Shown: positions 1 through 12,640 of the stretch, piece by piece
Position numbering within the stretch: position 1 is the stretch's first letter
How the letters are laid out: each line of letters starts with the position of its first letter
From: Takakia lepidozioides
Lineage: Eukaryota > Plantae > Bryophyta
NCBI GenBank assembly: GCA_030704615.1
Contig: CM060734.1
Span: 33,790,001 to 33,854,000, forward strand
Length of the DNA: 64,000 nucleotides
Direction of reading: 5' to 3'
Made by a program: the position numbers and the translations under genes
The notes under the pieces: generated by a model
What the model was told of the DNA's origin: nothing
What the model saw: only the letters and a program-made list of their open reading frames with translations
The model's database searches: none

Positions 1-47
1 CATGATCCCACCAGATGCCTGTCACATCTGGTTGTTCATGTCCCAGT

Positions 48-65
48 TCCCCAGTATGGTCGCCA
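48..65 (-). promoter_or_regulatory. Primer-binding site (probably tRNA-Arg type) of an LTR element extending off the left edge
   Basis: Minus strand reads LTR end ...CGCGACA, then TT, then TGGCGACCATACTGGGGA (TGG start complementary to tRNA CCA). Confidence 0.75.
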
Positions 66-67
66 AA

Positions 68-1096
68 TGTCGCGCGGCTTTTACTCACCCATCCCTTCGC
101 TATCCGAGGCGGAAACTCCAAGATAGAAGAGTTGGAAATCTCTAAGTACTCAGCCCGCGCAGAACAATCAGTCATGACCTACAGCTAGTGTATCATGGGG
201 GTGTTTCCTATTTGTTTCCCTTTTCGCATTCATCTTAGCTACCTTACCATTGATAATTACGTATTAGTTTCCTTCACTCCTCCATTCAATCCACAGCTTC
301 ACTCAGATCTCTCTACACAGTGTGATTGTATCGTATAAATATCAGATTATGATTTATCAGGTATCAGGCCGAAGCCATTGTATCTCTATTCTCCTCTACA
401 ATATCCCTACGGCTTTGCATCTAACAAGCATCTACTAATCCTCCTTCATCGTGCTCTCCGATCTCCGCTTCCGCCTGACTCCCAAGTCCTCCCCCGAATA
501 ATGATCTCATCATAATCCCCGTTTTCCCTTTATCCTCCTATCCGCGGTTCTAACCGTTTCCCTCTCTAACCGTCGTATGTGAACTAACATGTTCCCTTCT
601 CTGGTGTTGTTCCCCACAGTCGTTCCCTGTCCTACTCTTCGTTCCCTATTATCGTGACAGCTGTGTCAAGCGGTGACTGGCTGTGTTTGGCTGTGTCGGG
701 CTGTGACTGGCTGTGTGGCTATGCCGGGCTGTGACTGGCTGTGTGGGCTGTGTCTGCTGTGACGACTGTGACGGGCTGTGTGGGCTGTGTGGGCTGTGAC
801 GACTATGACGGGCTGTGTGGGCTGTGACGGCTGTGACGGGCTGTGTTGGCTGTGACGGCTGTGTGGGCTGTGTGGGCTGTGACGGCTGTGTCGGGCTGTG
901 TGGGCTGTGTGGGCTGTGTCGGCTGTGTGGGCTGTGACGGCTGTGACGGGCTGTGTTGGCTGTGTGGGTTGTGTAACCCCCTTCTACAGTGCTCTGCTGT
1001 CACCCCTAAGGTTCCTGTTTGTCTCAGTCTGTGCAAAAATTAAGGGTACCCTACAGATCCCGTATAAGTGTCTAAGTCCCCTACAGTCCTCTAACA
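68..1096 (-). mobile_element. 5' LTR (family A, Tat/Athila-like Ty3/Gypsy)
   Basis: TG...CA termini; end-to-end similarity to 2214-3202; PBS adjacent on the left. Confidence 0.9.
660..975. repeat. GGCTGTG(T/AC) 9-10-bp minisatellite inside the LTR (shorter array at ~2880-3080 in the other LTR)
   Basis: Direct reading of repeated gggctgtgt / ggctgtgac units. Confidence 0.9.
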
Positions 1097-2213
1097 GTGG
1101 CAGAGCCAACGAAGAGTTCAGACTCTCCAATACCATTGCAGTTGAGTTACATGAGTGAAGAAGAAACCCAAGGGCAGAACTTGGAGGATGAAAATAGAGA
1201 GAAGAAATTGGAAGAGGAAGAGTATGAAGAAGTAGACCCAATAGCTGAGTTGATACTACAACCAGGACATCCCAACCCGTTGGACCTGGATCAAGTGGAG
1301 CACTTGGATCACATGCCAATGAAGGTGTCGGCTCAGGGGGATCAGGCGGGTTGCCTGGATCTGGCTCTCGGGGGACAGGGAGTGTGGAAAGTAGTGCAAC
1401 TGGAGCTGGGAATACTGTGAATATCGTGGGGCCAGTAGCAAGGAGTGCTCAAGGGCCACCACTTGGTGGAAGATCCACCACAACAACACAGGTCCTCAAG
1501 GACCAGCACCAGCAAGGTGCCAGCACCTGTCAGTGGGCAGAAGGTAGGGCCACAGATGGCGTTACAACCAACACGGACAAAACCACATTTTCCAATATAT
1601 TCAGGAAAAGGGGATCCCGATGTACACATTAGCCAATTTGAGCACATGTGTATAGTGAACAATGAGAATGGCGATGATGCCAAGATGAGATTGTTTCCTT
1701 GTTCACTTATCAAGAAAGCAAGTGAATGGTATGCAAGATTCCCTGATAATCATTTGCTAACCTGGAATGGCTTGAATACAACATTCCGAAATAGGTTCAG
1801 GACAAGTAAAACTGAGGATGAAGTGTATGGAAGTTTACAACAGTTAAAGCAAAAGAAACATGAAACTGTTGAGCAGTATATGGAAAAGATGGAATTGATG
1901 ATGAAAAAGCTGGCTGCTGTACCAGCACCAGGTTTACAAAAGACTTGGTTTATGAGTGGACTAAGACCAGAGTTGCAAAAGAAAGTGGATATGTTACCCC
2001 ATAATACAGTGGAGGAGGCATTTGAAACTGCAAACAGAATTGAGCAATTGGGAATGCTCAGGAGAGAGAAAATGGATGATGAGGACTCTGAGGATGAGTC
2101 AGATGAAGAAGAAGAGCAAGAACTAAAAAAGAAGAGTAAGAGAAAGGAGAAGTTGAAGAGGGATAACTATGAGAAAAGATTAGAAGAAATCTTGAAGAAG
2201 TATGCCACAGAGG
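1097..2213 (+). pseudogene. gag: Retrotransposon gag fragment between two family-A insertions
   Basis: ORF 1445-2272 has Retrotrans_gag-type motifs (YSGKGDPDVHISQF, LFPCSL..KASEWY, LKQKKHETVEQY, FMSGLRPEL); cut by the LTR at 2214. Confidence 0.85.
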
Positions 2214-3202
2214 TGTCGCGCGGCTTTTACTCACCTATCCCTTCGCTATTCGAGGCGGGAACTCCAAGATAGAAGAGTTGGAAATCTCTAAGCACTCAGC
2301 CCGCTCAGAACAATCAGTCATGACCTACAGCTAGTGTATCATGGGGGTGCCTATTTATTTTCCTTCCCGCATTCATGTTAGCTAGTTACCTTACTGTTGG
2401 TATTTAAGTATCAGTTTGCTTCAGCAATCTATCGGATTCCATCAACTCATCCATTCATTCCACAGCTTCACTCAGATCTCTCTAAAGAGTGTGAGTATGA
2501 AGTATGTATCAGATTAATATCTATCAAGTATCAGGCTGAAGCCATGGTATCTCTATTCTGCTCTACATTACAACTCTACTTCTTGCATTCAGCAAGTATC
2601 AACACATCGTTCTCTACTCCGTGCTCTCCCTCTTTCTGCTCAGAGATGCGCACTTCATTTCCAAGTTCTCATTTCCCCCGAAGTCATCCCCAACTCCTTC
2701 CCGAAGTGATTCCCCAAGAAGTGATCATTTTCCAGTCCTCGCTCCTGGCTTTATATTCCTACCCATTGTTCTAACCGTTTCCCTCACTAACCGTCATCCG
2801 TGAACTAACATGTTCCATTCGCAGATGTTGTTCCCCACAGTCGTTCCCTGTCCTGCTATCCGTTCCCTATGGTCGTGATAGCTGTGTCAAGCTGTGACTG
2901 GCTGTGTGAAACTGTGACGGGCTGTGACTGGTTGTGCGACTGTGTTGGGCTGTGTTGGGCTGTGATTGGTTGTGCGACTGTGTTGGGCTGTGACGGGCTG
3001 TGTTTGGCTGTGATTGGCTGTGACGATTGTGTCTGGCTGTGGCGGCTGTGACGGGCTGTGTTGGATGTGACGGGCTGTGTAACTCCCCCCTAAAGTGCGC
3101 TGTTGTCACCCCTAAGGCTCCTGTTGGTCTCAGTCTGTGCAAAAATTAAGGGTACCCCACAGATCCCGTAAAAGTGCCTAAGTCCCAGACAGTCCTCTAA
3201 CA
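2214..3202 (-). mobile_element. 3' LTR (family A)
   Basis: TG...CA termini; paralog of 68-1096; preceded by a PPT on the minus strand. Confidence 0.9.
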
Positions 3203-3240
3203 TTACCCCTTCCCCTCTCAAAAAGCCGTGTCCTCACGGT

Positions 3241-6200
3241 TTACTGTTTGGGATTTGTAACCCTTTGTGAGCGAGCACCCTTCTGATGGTTAGAGTCTCG
3301 TGAAAGACTCCGTGTGCGAGCCCGTGTCCTGTCACTGGTTGAGGGAGATGATTGAACACTACCTGGATATGTCAGTCCTTCTGGAGGCTGATATCGAGGT
3401 AATCTTTCAGGCATAGGAGACCCCCGTCGCTTCTTCTCTGCCATCTGAATTGCATAGTCCTCTGCCATGTCAAAAGAGTCTGCTGAAGAAACAGTTGTAT
3501 CAGAATCCTCGTTCCCCCTGAGGTGTTTTAACTGTCGAACTCTAACTGGAATTCTCTGGGGCATACAATGTTGTCCCACCATGTCTGGAAGTTTAAACTG
3601 TAAAACTTGTTGTAAGTGCTGAATTGCAAAATTGGTGAAGACCCTGAGCTCCTTGTTTGTCCAGGTGAGTGGGGTACCAATGACTTGTGAATTGTGCAAA
3701 TATTTCCAAGCCTCATGTCTCTTAAAGAAAATATCGTCAGGCCTGAATTTCTGTGTTGACAAATTGTTCCGGGGCGCATGAAACCATGAACGAATCTGAG
3801 AATCTTTTTGCATCATAACTTTTGCCTCATATAGGTACATATGAGGTGGCACTGAAGGTAAGACCCAATGATCCCCACTGGAATAACTCAGAAAGCGCGT
3901 TTGCATCTTCTGCTGCTCAATGTGATGACGTACCAGAAAACAAGCAGCGTAGTATAACCCGCAGCCCATGACAATACTTGCTACCTCTTTGGTCTTGGTA
4001 TAAATGAATCCATGTACAACTTGGAAGGCAATTAATTCCTTCAACATGGTACTTGCCTCATGCCAGTACTGCGTAAAGTGATGATCCTCAATTGGTCGAT
4101 TTTTCGGAAGAACTTTAGTCCTAGTTGTCACTGGCAGCCAAATGCGCATGATTTGATAGTAATGTGCCAACGACTGCAGAGGATTAAATTCCTTCCAAGC
4201 CAAATCCAACACAATGGGAATTTGGTTGAAGGGCATAATCATAGCCCGACTGTACTCCCGTGCAGCAGGAGTTTTAGGTGGGTTAAAAGCAGCATTCCCC
4301 CATACCTCAGGCTGTGGTGGCTGTGGTGTGGCTGTAGTAACAACAGGGTCAGCTACTGTTACAGTGACTTGTGGTGGATTTGGAGGCACTGGCTCTTGTA
4401 CCATTGGCATCTCCTGCACCCCCTGCGAAGAAGACTGAAAAGCCAAAGTTCTGGATTGTAAATAAGAAGCCATCTGCTGTTCCTCAGGTACAAAGACTCT
4501 CTTGTCGATATTTGAAGTGAGGTCCTCCACTTGAGTCTGCAGGCCGTCTACATCCTCCTGTAACTCCGCTATCCTACTATAGACATTGTCTATAGTAGTT
4601 GTGGCAATGTTCTGCACTTGCAGTCTGAGCTCATTCATCTCGCTTTGGGTGAGCTTTCGTGGTGCTTTGCCCTCCACCGGCCCTTGTGCTAACCAGACGT
4701 GCATAAGGTGGTTATCCACCAAGTTGCTTGTGGCACCCCTGAGAGTCTGTTCCTCTGTGAGCATGTACACATCTATCTGCAGCTATATAGCCTCCATGCG
4801 CTTCGCATGAGGTTCAACCAAACTCGCATAGGCAGCAGCCAGATTATTGGCTTCCTTCCAAGCCTTGTTAGCCACAGAGAGTTCATTTCTATTTGCCATG
4901 AGCGTTTGTTGCAACTCCAGGATGTACCTCTCTTGGTCAGCTTCAATCTGCCTGTATTGCTTGAAAGTATTCTCATTGGGACAGATTGTATTCTTCATAT
5001 CGACAATGTTTGCTCGACATTCTCTGCCTTTGCCTTCGTACATCTTTCCGCTTGACTGTTTATTTCTATTGTAGCTTGGTCAAGCCTAGTTGTGAGTGTA
5101 GCACATTGTATGGCCATCCTGTCATGCACTGTCTGCAACTCCGTATGTAGTGCATTCACTTCTTGCAACTTGCTTTCATGCTTCACTTGCATTTGGTATA
5201 GCTGTTGCTTATGTGCTTCGTGCAACTGGTCTTGCGCGAGGCCTGCCTCAATCAATTGTTCCTTGGCCAATTGCAAAGCCGCTTCTGTACTCTCTATGTC
5301 TTGCTGCATCTTGAGAGTGACCTCTTCATTGACCTTGTTTGCACACTCAGTGGCAAGTCGAGCCTCAAACTCCTTTCTGAGTTCCTCCCTTAAAGCTGCC
5401 AATTGGGTAGTTGGAACATGGGATTTGACATAAGTGCCCAACAAATTAAGTGTCCAACAAATTAAGTGTCATGCTTATGGAACTCATAAGCATGGCCTGT
5501 TGAGGGTCATCATGGTGAGCTTGCTACTGTTCTCCCTGATCCTCAACAGTGTGATGCCTCACGAACCACTCAGGCCATTGTCCCACCAGATTTTCTTCCT
5601 GAACCACTTCATCCGTCACCGGTGCTGCAGTGTTTTGACATTCTACCTGTGGTACCTCCGTCACAGGTGTGTGTATTATATGCACCGCAGGGTTTCCCTT
5701 GGACAACCGTTGCACCTCCGGAATCACTGTTTCTCTGACCAGACCAGAATACTCATAGAGAAGGTCCCCCTTCTCAATTTCTGCCACCACCTGTTCTGTA
5801 GTGGGAATATCTAACCCTTCTTTCTCCAAATCAATTATTTCTGGTGGAACTGCATGGACAACTTGTGGTAACTCTGTGACTTGGCTGTGATGGCTGTGAT
5901 ACTGAAGTAACTTCCTCTTCCATCTCTCAAGCTCCTGCTTCCAATAATAGCAGTTCTCTGTGCTACTGTGCCCCTTCCTGCACAAGAGCTTGGGAAACAC
6001 TATCATGCGGTTTTCGTGAAGCCAGTGGATCCACCACTACAGTCTTTCCCCGCCTCTATCTCTTAGTCTGGGGTTGCCCTGCCAGTCCACCCTCACTGTA
6101 TGAAGAGCCTTGCTCTTCCATTGCAGTGGTTTCAGTCTCAAACACTCCCATCTCTTTTCTTTCCCGAGCATCAAGTATGCAAGAATCAAGAATTATTTGA

Positions 6201-6794
6201 GCATGATTGGGCCAGACACTATGATAGGAGACTTTGCGGCAGTGCCCTGTAATCTTTTCATCTCTTCTACCAGTGCGTTGTACATTATGTCCGCCCATGC
6301 TACCTTTTCTCCTCTCAGGGCTTTGAGTATTTCCTCTGTGAAGGATCTGCTCAAATACTGTTGGTTCTGTTTCATGGCAAACAGAACGTTCAATACATGG
6401 CCTACCTCCCTTACCCCTGGGTAGACAGCCTTGGTACAAGCGTAACCCTGAGTTTGAAGAAACTCCCTTCTTCGAATAAGTCCCCTATTTGCAGTCTTGC
6501 CCTATGCTCCTCCACATGCACCTGACCTGATGGCAATTCAAACAATTGCTGTAGGTATAGGGGAGTAATTTCTAATTCAACTCCTTTCACCATTGTTGTT
6601 CCTGTCCTAGGCTCAAAGTTCTGCAAGAATTGTAACATGTACTGCCTATGGTGCAATGTCCAATCTTTGCTTTGCAATCTTTCTAATCGCAGCTCCTTCA
6701 GTAACTGTAACGCCTGTGGAGTAGCAATCGTTTGTTTCTGCAGGATTGTGGTGCTTTTCACCCTGATTTCTTCCATTTCTCTCACTCTCTTCAT
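3241..6794 (-). pseudogene. Extra post-integrase ORF: putative plant transposon domain (Transposase_32-like), coiled coil, 509-aa unknown C-terminal region; frameshifted
   Basis: QFLQNF...VKGVELEITPLYLQQLFELP and KALRGEKVAWADIM resemble the plant transposon domain of Athila-type extra ORFs; heptad-rich 4783-5444; 4783-5043 and 3241-4770 are in frame across one TAG. Confidence 0.6.
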
Positions 6795-7499
6795 TCTAGA
6801 CCCACAGAAAGGTTTTGGCTGTAACAATTGAAGAAATGCCTGCAGGGCACAAAGCATAAACGTATGGTTGCCACAAAAAGCTATGGGTAATTTCTTGTAA
6901 GCGTGCGGGGCTTGCAAGCATCGATTAAGAGAAAAGATCCGCTCTGTTCTTCCGTCCCTATGCCACTGCATAAGTAATATTGCGAGCGTATAGTCTGTTA
7001 GTTCCTCCATAGCTTCAAAGCTATAGCATTGATGGTTTGTCCCGTCGAGACGCCCGTTACTTGGAACGACGCCGACTCTTGCGCTTAAATCCCTCCAATT
7101 TCTTGATCCTGCTTCTGGCTTATGATTGGCTGTAACCGCTGTGACTGGATTTTAGATTTAATTTTCTTTAGTGGACTTTCCCTGTTGGACTGTTCACTAG
7201 GACAACACATGTGACAAGAATTTCGCTTTTCTGTACTTGCCGTTTGTTCCGTTGCCTTTTTTCCGTATTCATTAATGGGCCCGCCATTCATCCGAATTGA
7301 CGTGCTAAGTAGGTATTTTGACGGCCATTCTTGTCCTCTTTCTTGATGACACCTGTTCTTGCACTTCCTTCTCAGCTGTGTGTCGCGCCCTGACTTCCAC
7401 GTGTCCATTTCTAAATTGGCTTCCGTCCTTTCTTCCGCCGGCCATTTCCCTGAAGTTATCCTGCGTCCACCTGTCATTGATTCTATGGATTGTGTAACC

Positions 7500-7958
7500 C
7501 TAGTAGGCTGTGTTGAGCTGTGACAGGCTGTGTCATACTGTGGTACGCTCTGATAGGCTGTGTTGCACTGTGGTAAGCTGTGATAGGCTGTGACACGCTG
7601 TTGTAGGTTTTGATAGGCTGTGACACGTTGTGATAGGTTGTGATAGGCTGTGTTGCGCCGTGCTGGGCTGTGATAGGCTGTGTTGCACCGTGCTGGGCTG
7701 TGATATGCTGTGTCGCGCCGTGCTGGGCTGTGATAGGCTGTGTCGCGCCATGCTGGGCTGTGATAGGCTGTGTCGCGCCGTGCTGGGCTGTGATAGGCTG
7801 TGTTGCGCCGTGCTGGGCTGTGATAGGCTGTGTCGCGCCGTGATGGGCTGTGATAGGCTGTGTCGCGCTGTGCTGGGTTGTGATAGGTTGTGTCGCGCCG
7901 TGCTGGGCTGTGATAGGCTGTATCACGCCGTGCTGGGCTGTGATAGGCTGTGTCGCGC
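7500..7958. repeat. 30-bp tandem array (GCTGGGCTGTGATAGGCTGTGTCGCGCCGT), about 15 units
   Basis: Direct reading; shares the CTGTG core with the LTR minisatellite. Confidence 0.95.
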
Positions 7959-8022
7959 TTGTTCTGCCCGCCCTGGTCATATATGCTCGGCCTAGCGACA
8001 AGTGCTCCATACTCCGTTGGTA

Positions 8023-8280
8023 TCACTGGCGCAGCCGTGACTGCTTTTGCGTTTCAATATGCAAATCATGCTGCAATGGTTTGTCATGGATACCACTGTT
8101 TCCCTTCAACTTATTGGCATTGACTCTTCCCAGCATCTCTTTGTTAATGGTTTGTAACATGGCGGTGTTGTTATCATACATCTTCTGTATGACATAAGGT
8201 CCTTTCCATGGTGATTTAAGCTTAGAAGCTTTAATCTTCCCCTTCTTCTGCAACCAGAGAACCAAATCTCCCATCTTAAA
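8023..8280 (-). pseudogene. Ty3/Gypsy integrase C-terminal fragment (GPY/F module)
   Basis: FKMGDLVL...KLKSPWKGPYVIQK...GRVNANKLK. Confidence 0.85.
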
Positions 8281-8289
8281 AGTCTTTAT

Positions 8290-8741
8290 CTTGCCTTAGT
8301 TCAACACATGCCATTCGTGAGGCTACGAGGACTAGACCGGCAAGTGTCAACAAACCGACTGACACTTTTTGGCTGCGCATCAGAGCTGTAATATTGCGGC
8401 AGTCTGGGCAAGTCGTCCCAGACATTGCGGTAGAGAGCACCTCCGTCCGAGTAGAAAGAGAAAAAGCCCAGAAACGTCCGGTCATTTAGGCGGTCAAGGA
8501 GACTGGAGAGGGTCATGTTCAAAAGAGACCAGCCGGAGAGACAAGTCATATGTGTTTATGAACAAGGACCGCCGATTGTGTTTGGACATGGACAAGGAGG
8601 TGCCAGAGTTACTTGCGTCGAAGAAGTAAGTCATATGTGTCTGCTGCTCGGTCGTGTTTCTTTTAAAGTTGTCTTTGCAGGTATGTATCTTCTGGCAGTC
8701 TACTGGCTTCTTGTCTGCAATCTTGTAAGGCCTGTACTCGC
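8290..8741 (+). pseudogene. Probable displaced 5' part of the MULE Ulp1 gene
   Basis: GTAAGT...TTTGCAG intron-like segment (8626-8680), GTCTG motifs as in the MULE non-coding DNA, ends at the ACTCGC microhomology of the inferred inversion. Confidence 0.4.
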
Positions 8742-11734
8742 TTCCCAACATCAATGGCTGTGCTCCCAAGTCCAACAAGACCCGTAGTGGCCTATACCTC
8801 CTCCCGCCTGGGCCACCCAACTGAAACACACCATCCTGATTGTCCACCAGGACTACCCCAGGAGTCACCATACTACGCTCAATGGCTGGTCTAGCTGGCA
8901 ATTCCTGCAACCTTGCAGCTGCCGCTTGCCATGGTGCAGCTGTGGCTGTCTTCACCCTTGAGTCCATGACATCCATGCACTGCACATTATCCACTATCCC
9001 CGCAGATAGTGCCGATGCATCACCACTCTCACAGAGTCTAGCTGCTAGTCTGAACACAGCAGCTGGCCGAATCCCCGGCATTGCAATGGTCATCGCAGAA
9101 AACAATGGAGCTTGGCAAACCGCCGTAGCCGCCCCCAACAATGTATTGGCTGTACCCTGCTTTGCAGCACCACCCACTGGCATTTCCCGAGCCAGACCAA
9201 CTCACTCGTGGCTCTACCTCTGACACACTTGGGTGAGCGGGTACCATCGATGGCGTAGTTGGCACTGTCTCAGCCAATGTGAAAGACTGTGGAAGCCTTG
9301 TCTGTCGACTTGCTTCCCCCTTTGTGGATCGAAATCCATATCTGCTCCTCTTAGCACAGGAGCACGCGTTGCTGCTCAAGTGACAGCTATTGCAGAGTCT
9401 ACATGCAATGGTCCAGCAAGTGCGGCTCCACACATGAAGCCCATACCAATCTGGTCTTCCCTAGGCATAGGAGGTTGTGCAGGTGGGGCTTGAACCTCAG
9501 GCCTTGGAGCTGACGCCACATTAGTAGTGGCCATGACAGTAAGACGTTGCTCTAGTTGGGCAAGCCTATCCACCATGCCTTGGTCATGACCTTGACCTTG
9601 ACCTTGTGCTCCTTGGTTTTGGTTACGACCTCCACCGCGACCTCTGCATCCTCTACCTCTCTGGACTACATTGTCTCGTCCTCGGCCACCATTGTTTCCT
9701 TGGAACTGGCCTGGCCGTAGCTCAGGATGCAAGTCATAACAATGGGCCTCTTCATGCCTATACTTGCCACAATGCCCACACTGTAGTTGTGTAGGTTGTG
9801 CCTGTGCCGGCCCTTTGCCTCTCTCCGGGCAATCTCTCTTAACATGGGGTCCTCCACAATCCCAACATGTCACACCCGACTGTTGTTGGCCTGAGAATGA
9901 AGGAAGTGATCTCTGCAATTGAGATCCTCTCTGTCCTTCCCTAGGCTTCGCCTGAGCCCCCTTGTTGCCTTGAGCACGTTGGGGTAGTGGTTGTTGTTGG
10001 CTAGGAGCCCCACTTCGTTGTGTCTCCTTACCAAACCCCACCATGACCACTCACTCATCCACCATATTGAGCTATATCTGCTCTGCCAGCAAAAACACGT
10101 TTGCTAAGATGGGTTGGTCTATTTGTAGGAGAGTTGCATCCCGCACCCTTCTCCTTAGCTCCTTGTCCAATATCCCATACCGGAATTGGACTGCTTGAGC
10201 TTCCGTAACCCCTTGGGTTACATTTATCAATCGCCTCATGCGCGTGTAAGCCTCTCTCAAACTCTCAGTAGGCTTGCGCTGGAACTCTTGCAAGCTGCGC
10301 AATTTCTCCGTCCTTATTCCCTGGTAGTTTCTCCTCAACTCCTCGAAGAACTCCACAACTGGGTTAAAGGCAGGCACGGGTGCTGGTGTTGCAGCAGGAG
10401 CTTGAGTGGATTTCCCAACTCCATCTTTACTTGTCCCACTACTAGTGCTTGCAGTTGGGGATGTTGGTGTAGCTGCTGGTATCGCCGCTGCCTTTGTGCC
10501 TCTAGTGATGGAGACATAGTCAGGTGACCAATATTGTCGTCACTCCTCAATCTCCACCTCATTTCCCCGCCTAAACTCATGGTAGTTATCCTTAGGCGGC
10601 CCCTCAAGGTGTTGAAACAGCCCCTTCCACGCCATAAAAGGCGTAAACAGTTGTGGATTGCGCATCTGCTGCAAATCACACCAACTATCAAACTCATGTA
10701 TGAAATGATCAAGCTCGATGGTGCCCACAGCTCCCAAGTACCGACGTGGCCCCTTGGTAGCTCCATACATTTCCTCCATCGTATCCCACAACAATGGCAC
10801 GGAAATGACTTGCACCCTCGGCGAGAATCCTCCTAACTCTGAGTCTGAACCTTCCTCAGAAGACACTGAAGGTGAAGGTGGCCTAAACCGCACACGGAGG
10901 TACCACCAGTTGCTGAGGAGAGTGCCGGTACGAGCACCAGCGATAATAGTGGGTATACAAGACATGGTCGTCCACATACGACATTGCATAGTTGATGCTA
11001 CCCATGTATTGTATCCCGCTGCAATACAGTAAAAACTCACACTCAAACCGGCTATCAACTCGTCTCTAATTCTCCTTTCCACAAGGTAATGCATCCACCG
11101 CAGGCACTCCTATGGTCTGCTGGTCATCAACCCAGCCTCACCATAAGAGAAACAATGATGGTCTGCTGGTCATCACCCCAGCCTCACCACCGACAACACG
11201 CTCTAGGATTGGTCAGCCACAATATTTCCGGCACAACCACCTATAAAAGCAAGCGCCCAAACCAAACTAGCATGGCGCACAGTCAAGCATGCATGTGTGG
11301 GAGGAGGATCCAAACACAAGAAACTCAAACAACAACACCTCCCATAGCTTAAATCAATTGATCTCCTTGCGGCTTCAATAAACCTGCAAGATGACCAAGT
11401 CTCTATCCAAACCAGCTCTGCCTCCGCTTACGGAAAAGCTTTGGCCTACAAGAATGATGGAAGACTATAGAGAAGAGAAGCTAAAGCAATCTTTAAGCCC
11501 AGAATGCTCTCATCCCATTACTTCCCCTATCTTCACACTCACTCTTGCTTGAGCAATGAACAAGACTATCCTTAAAGAACCTCTCAAATAACTCTCAAAA
11601 GCCCTCAAATTATTGCCATGAACTTCTGAAATCTGCCCTCAATCAGCTTCTCACATAGACCCACCGAGGTTCAAGAAGTTCGCAAACTTGGACTCCAAAC
11701 AGTCCACCAAAAGGCCCTAGGCGCCCGACAATGA

Positions 11735-12215
11735 GTGGCCTCCAAGGTCTCCAACCAGCCCTCACAATGGCTCCACAAGCCTGCCCAATATGGCCTCCAA
11801 GGACCTCCAACAGTCCTCCAACAACCCTTAAGAAGCTCCTCAAATCTGCCAAGTATTGGCCTCCAAGGACCTCCAACAGTCCTCCAAAGAGCTCTTAGAA
11901 AGTTCCATAAGTCTGCCCAATATGGGCCTCCAAGGACCTCCAATCGTCCTCCAACCAGCCCTCACAAGGCTCCACATGCCTACAAAACATTGGCCTCGAA
12001 GGACCTCAAATAGTCCTTCAAACAGCCCCAAGCAGGCTCTACAAACCTGCAAGATATTGGCTTCAATAGACTCCAAATAGTCCTCAAACAGGCCCCAATT
12101 CCTGCAAAATATTGGCCTCAATAGACCCCAAACAGTCCTCAAGCAGGCCCCAATACCTGCAAGATATTGGCCTCAATAGACCCCAAATAGTCCTCAAAGC
12201 AGGCCCCATAAGGCT
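11735..12215. repeat. Degenerate ~52-63-bp tandem repeats in the retroelement leader
   Basis: Recurring TATTGGCCTC(C)AA...AGTCCTC units. Confidence 0.8.
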
Positions 12216-12239
12216 CCAAAAATATCCATAGTCAGTCAA

Positions 12240-12640
12240 TTTTTCATCCGTCACTGACCAAATTTCATCCAAAACCGTGATTTTTCATCTGCAGGTCCGA
12301 TACTTCATCCGCCGCGATAGTTCATCCGTCGGTGCGATATTTCATCCACTGGCGCAGTTTCATCCGTCGCAACGATTTTTCATCCGATGGCACGATAGTT
12401 CATCGCTGCCACGATTTCATCCGCTGACGCAGTTTCATCCGTCGCCGTGATTTTTCATTCGATAGCGCGATAGTTCATCCGCTGGAGCAGTTTCATCCAT
12501 CACCGCAATTTTTCATCCGATAGCGCGATAGTTCATCCGCTGACGAGATTTCATCATCTGGCACAGTTTCATCCATTGCAACCGATTTTCATCCAGGCTT
12601 GCCGATTTTCATCCACTGGCTCAATAGTTCATCCGAATGG
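12240..12640. repeat. ~19-21-bp TTCATCCG minisatellite in the retroelement leader
   Basis: About 20 recurrences of (t/g)ttcatcc. Confidence 0.85.

Larger units (their letters stand above)
2214..8280 (-). mobile_element. 3' half of a Tat/Athila-like Ty3/Gypsy element: integrase C-terminus, 30-bp array, long extra ORF, PPT, 3' LTR
   Basis: Integrase GPY motif at 8023-8274; PPT GAGAGGGGAAGGGG (~3206-3219) just before the LTR start TGTTAGAGG at 3202; LTR 2214-3202. Confidence 0.85.

Noticed and set aside
803-1158. Cys/Val- and Gln/Pro-rich ORFs (also 2867-3142, 7085-8197)
   Set aside because: Produced by stop-free CTGTG tandem repeats, open in several frames.
68-3202. Plus-strand LTR-gag-LTR mini-element
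   Set aside because: No TSD (CCAAA versus TTACC); PBS and PPT lie outside and point to the minus strand.
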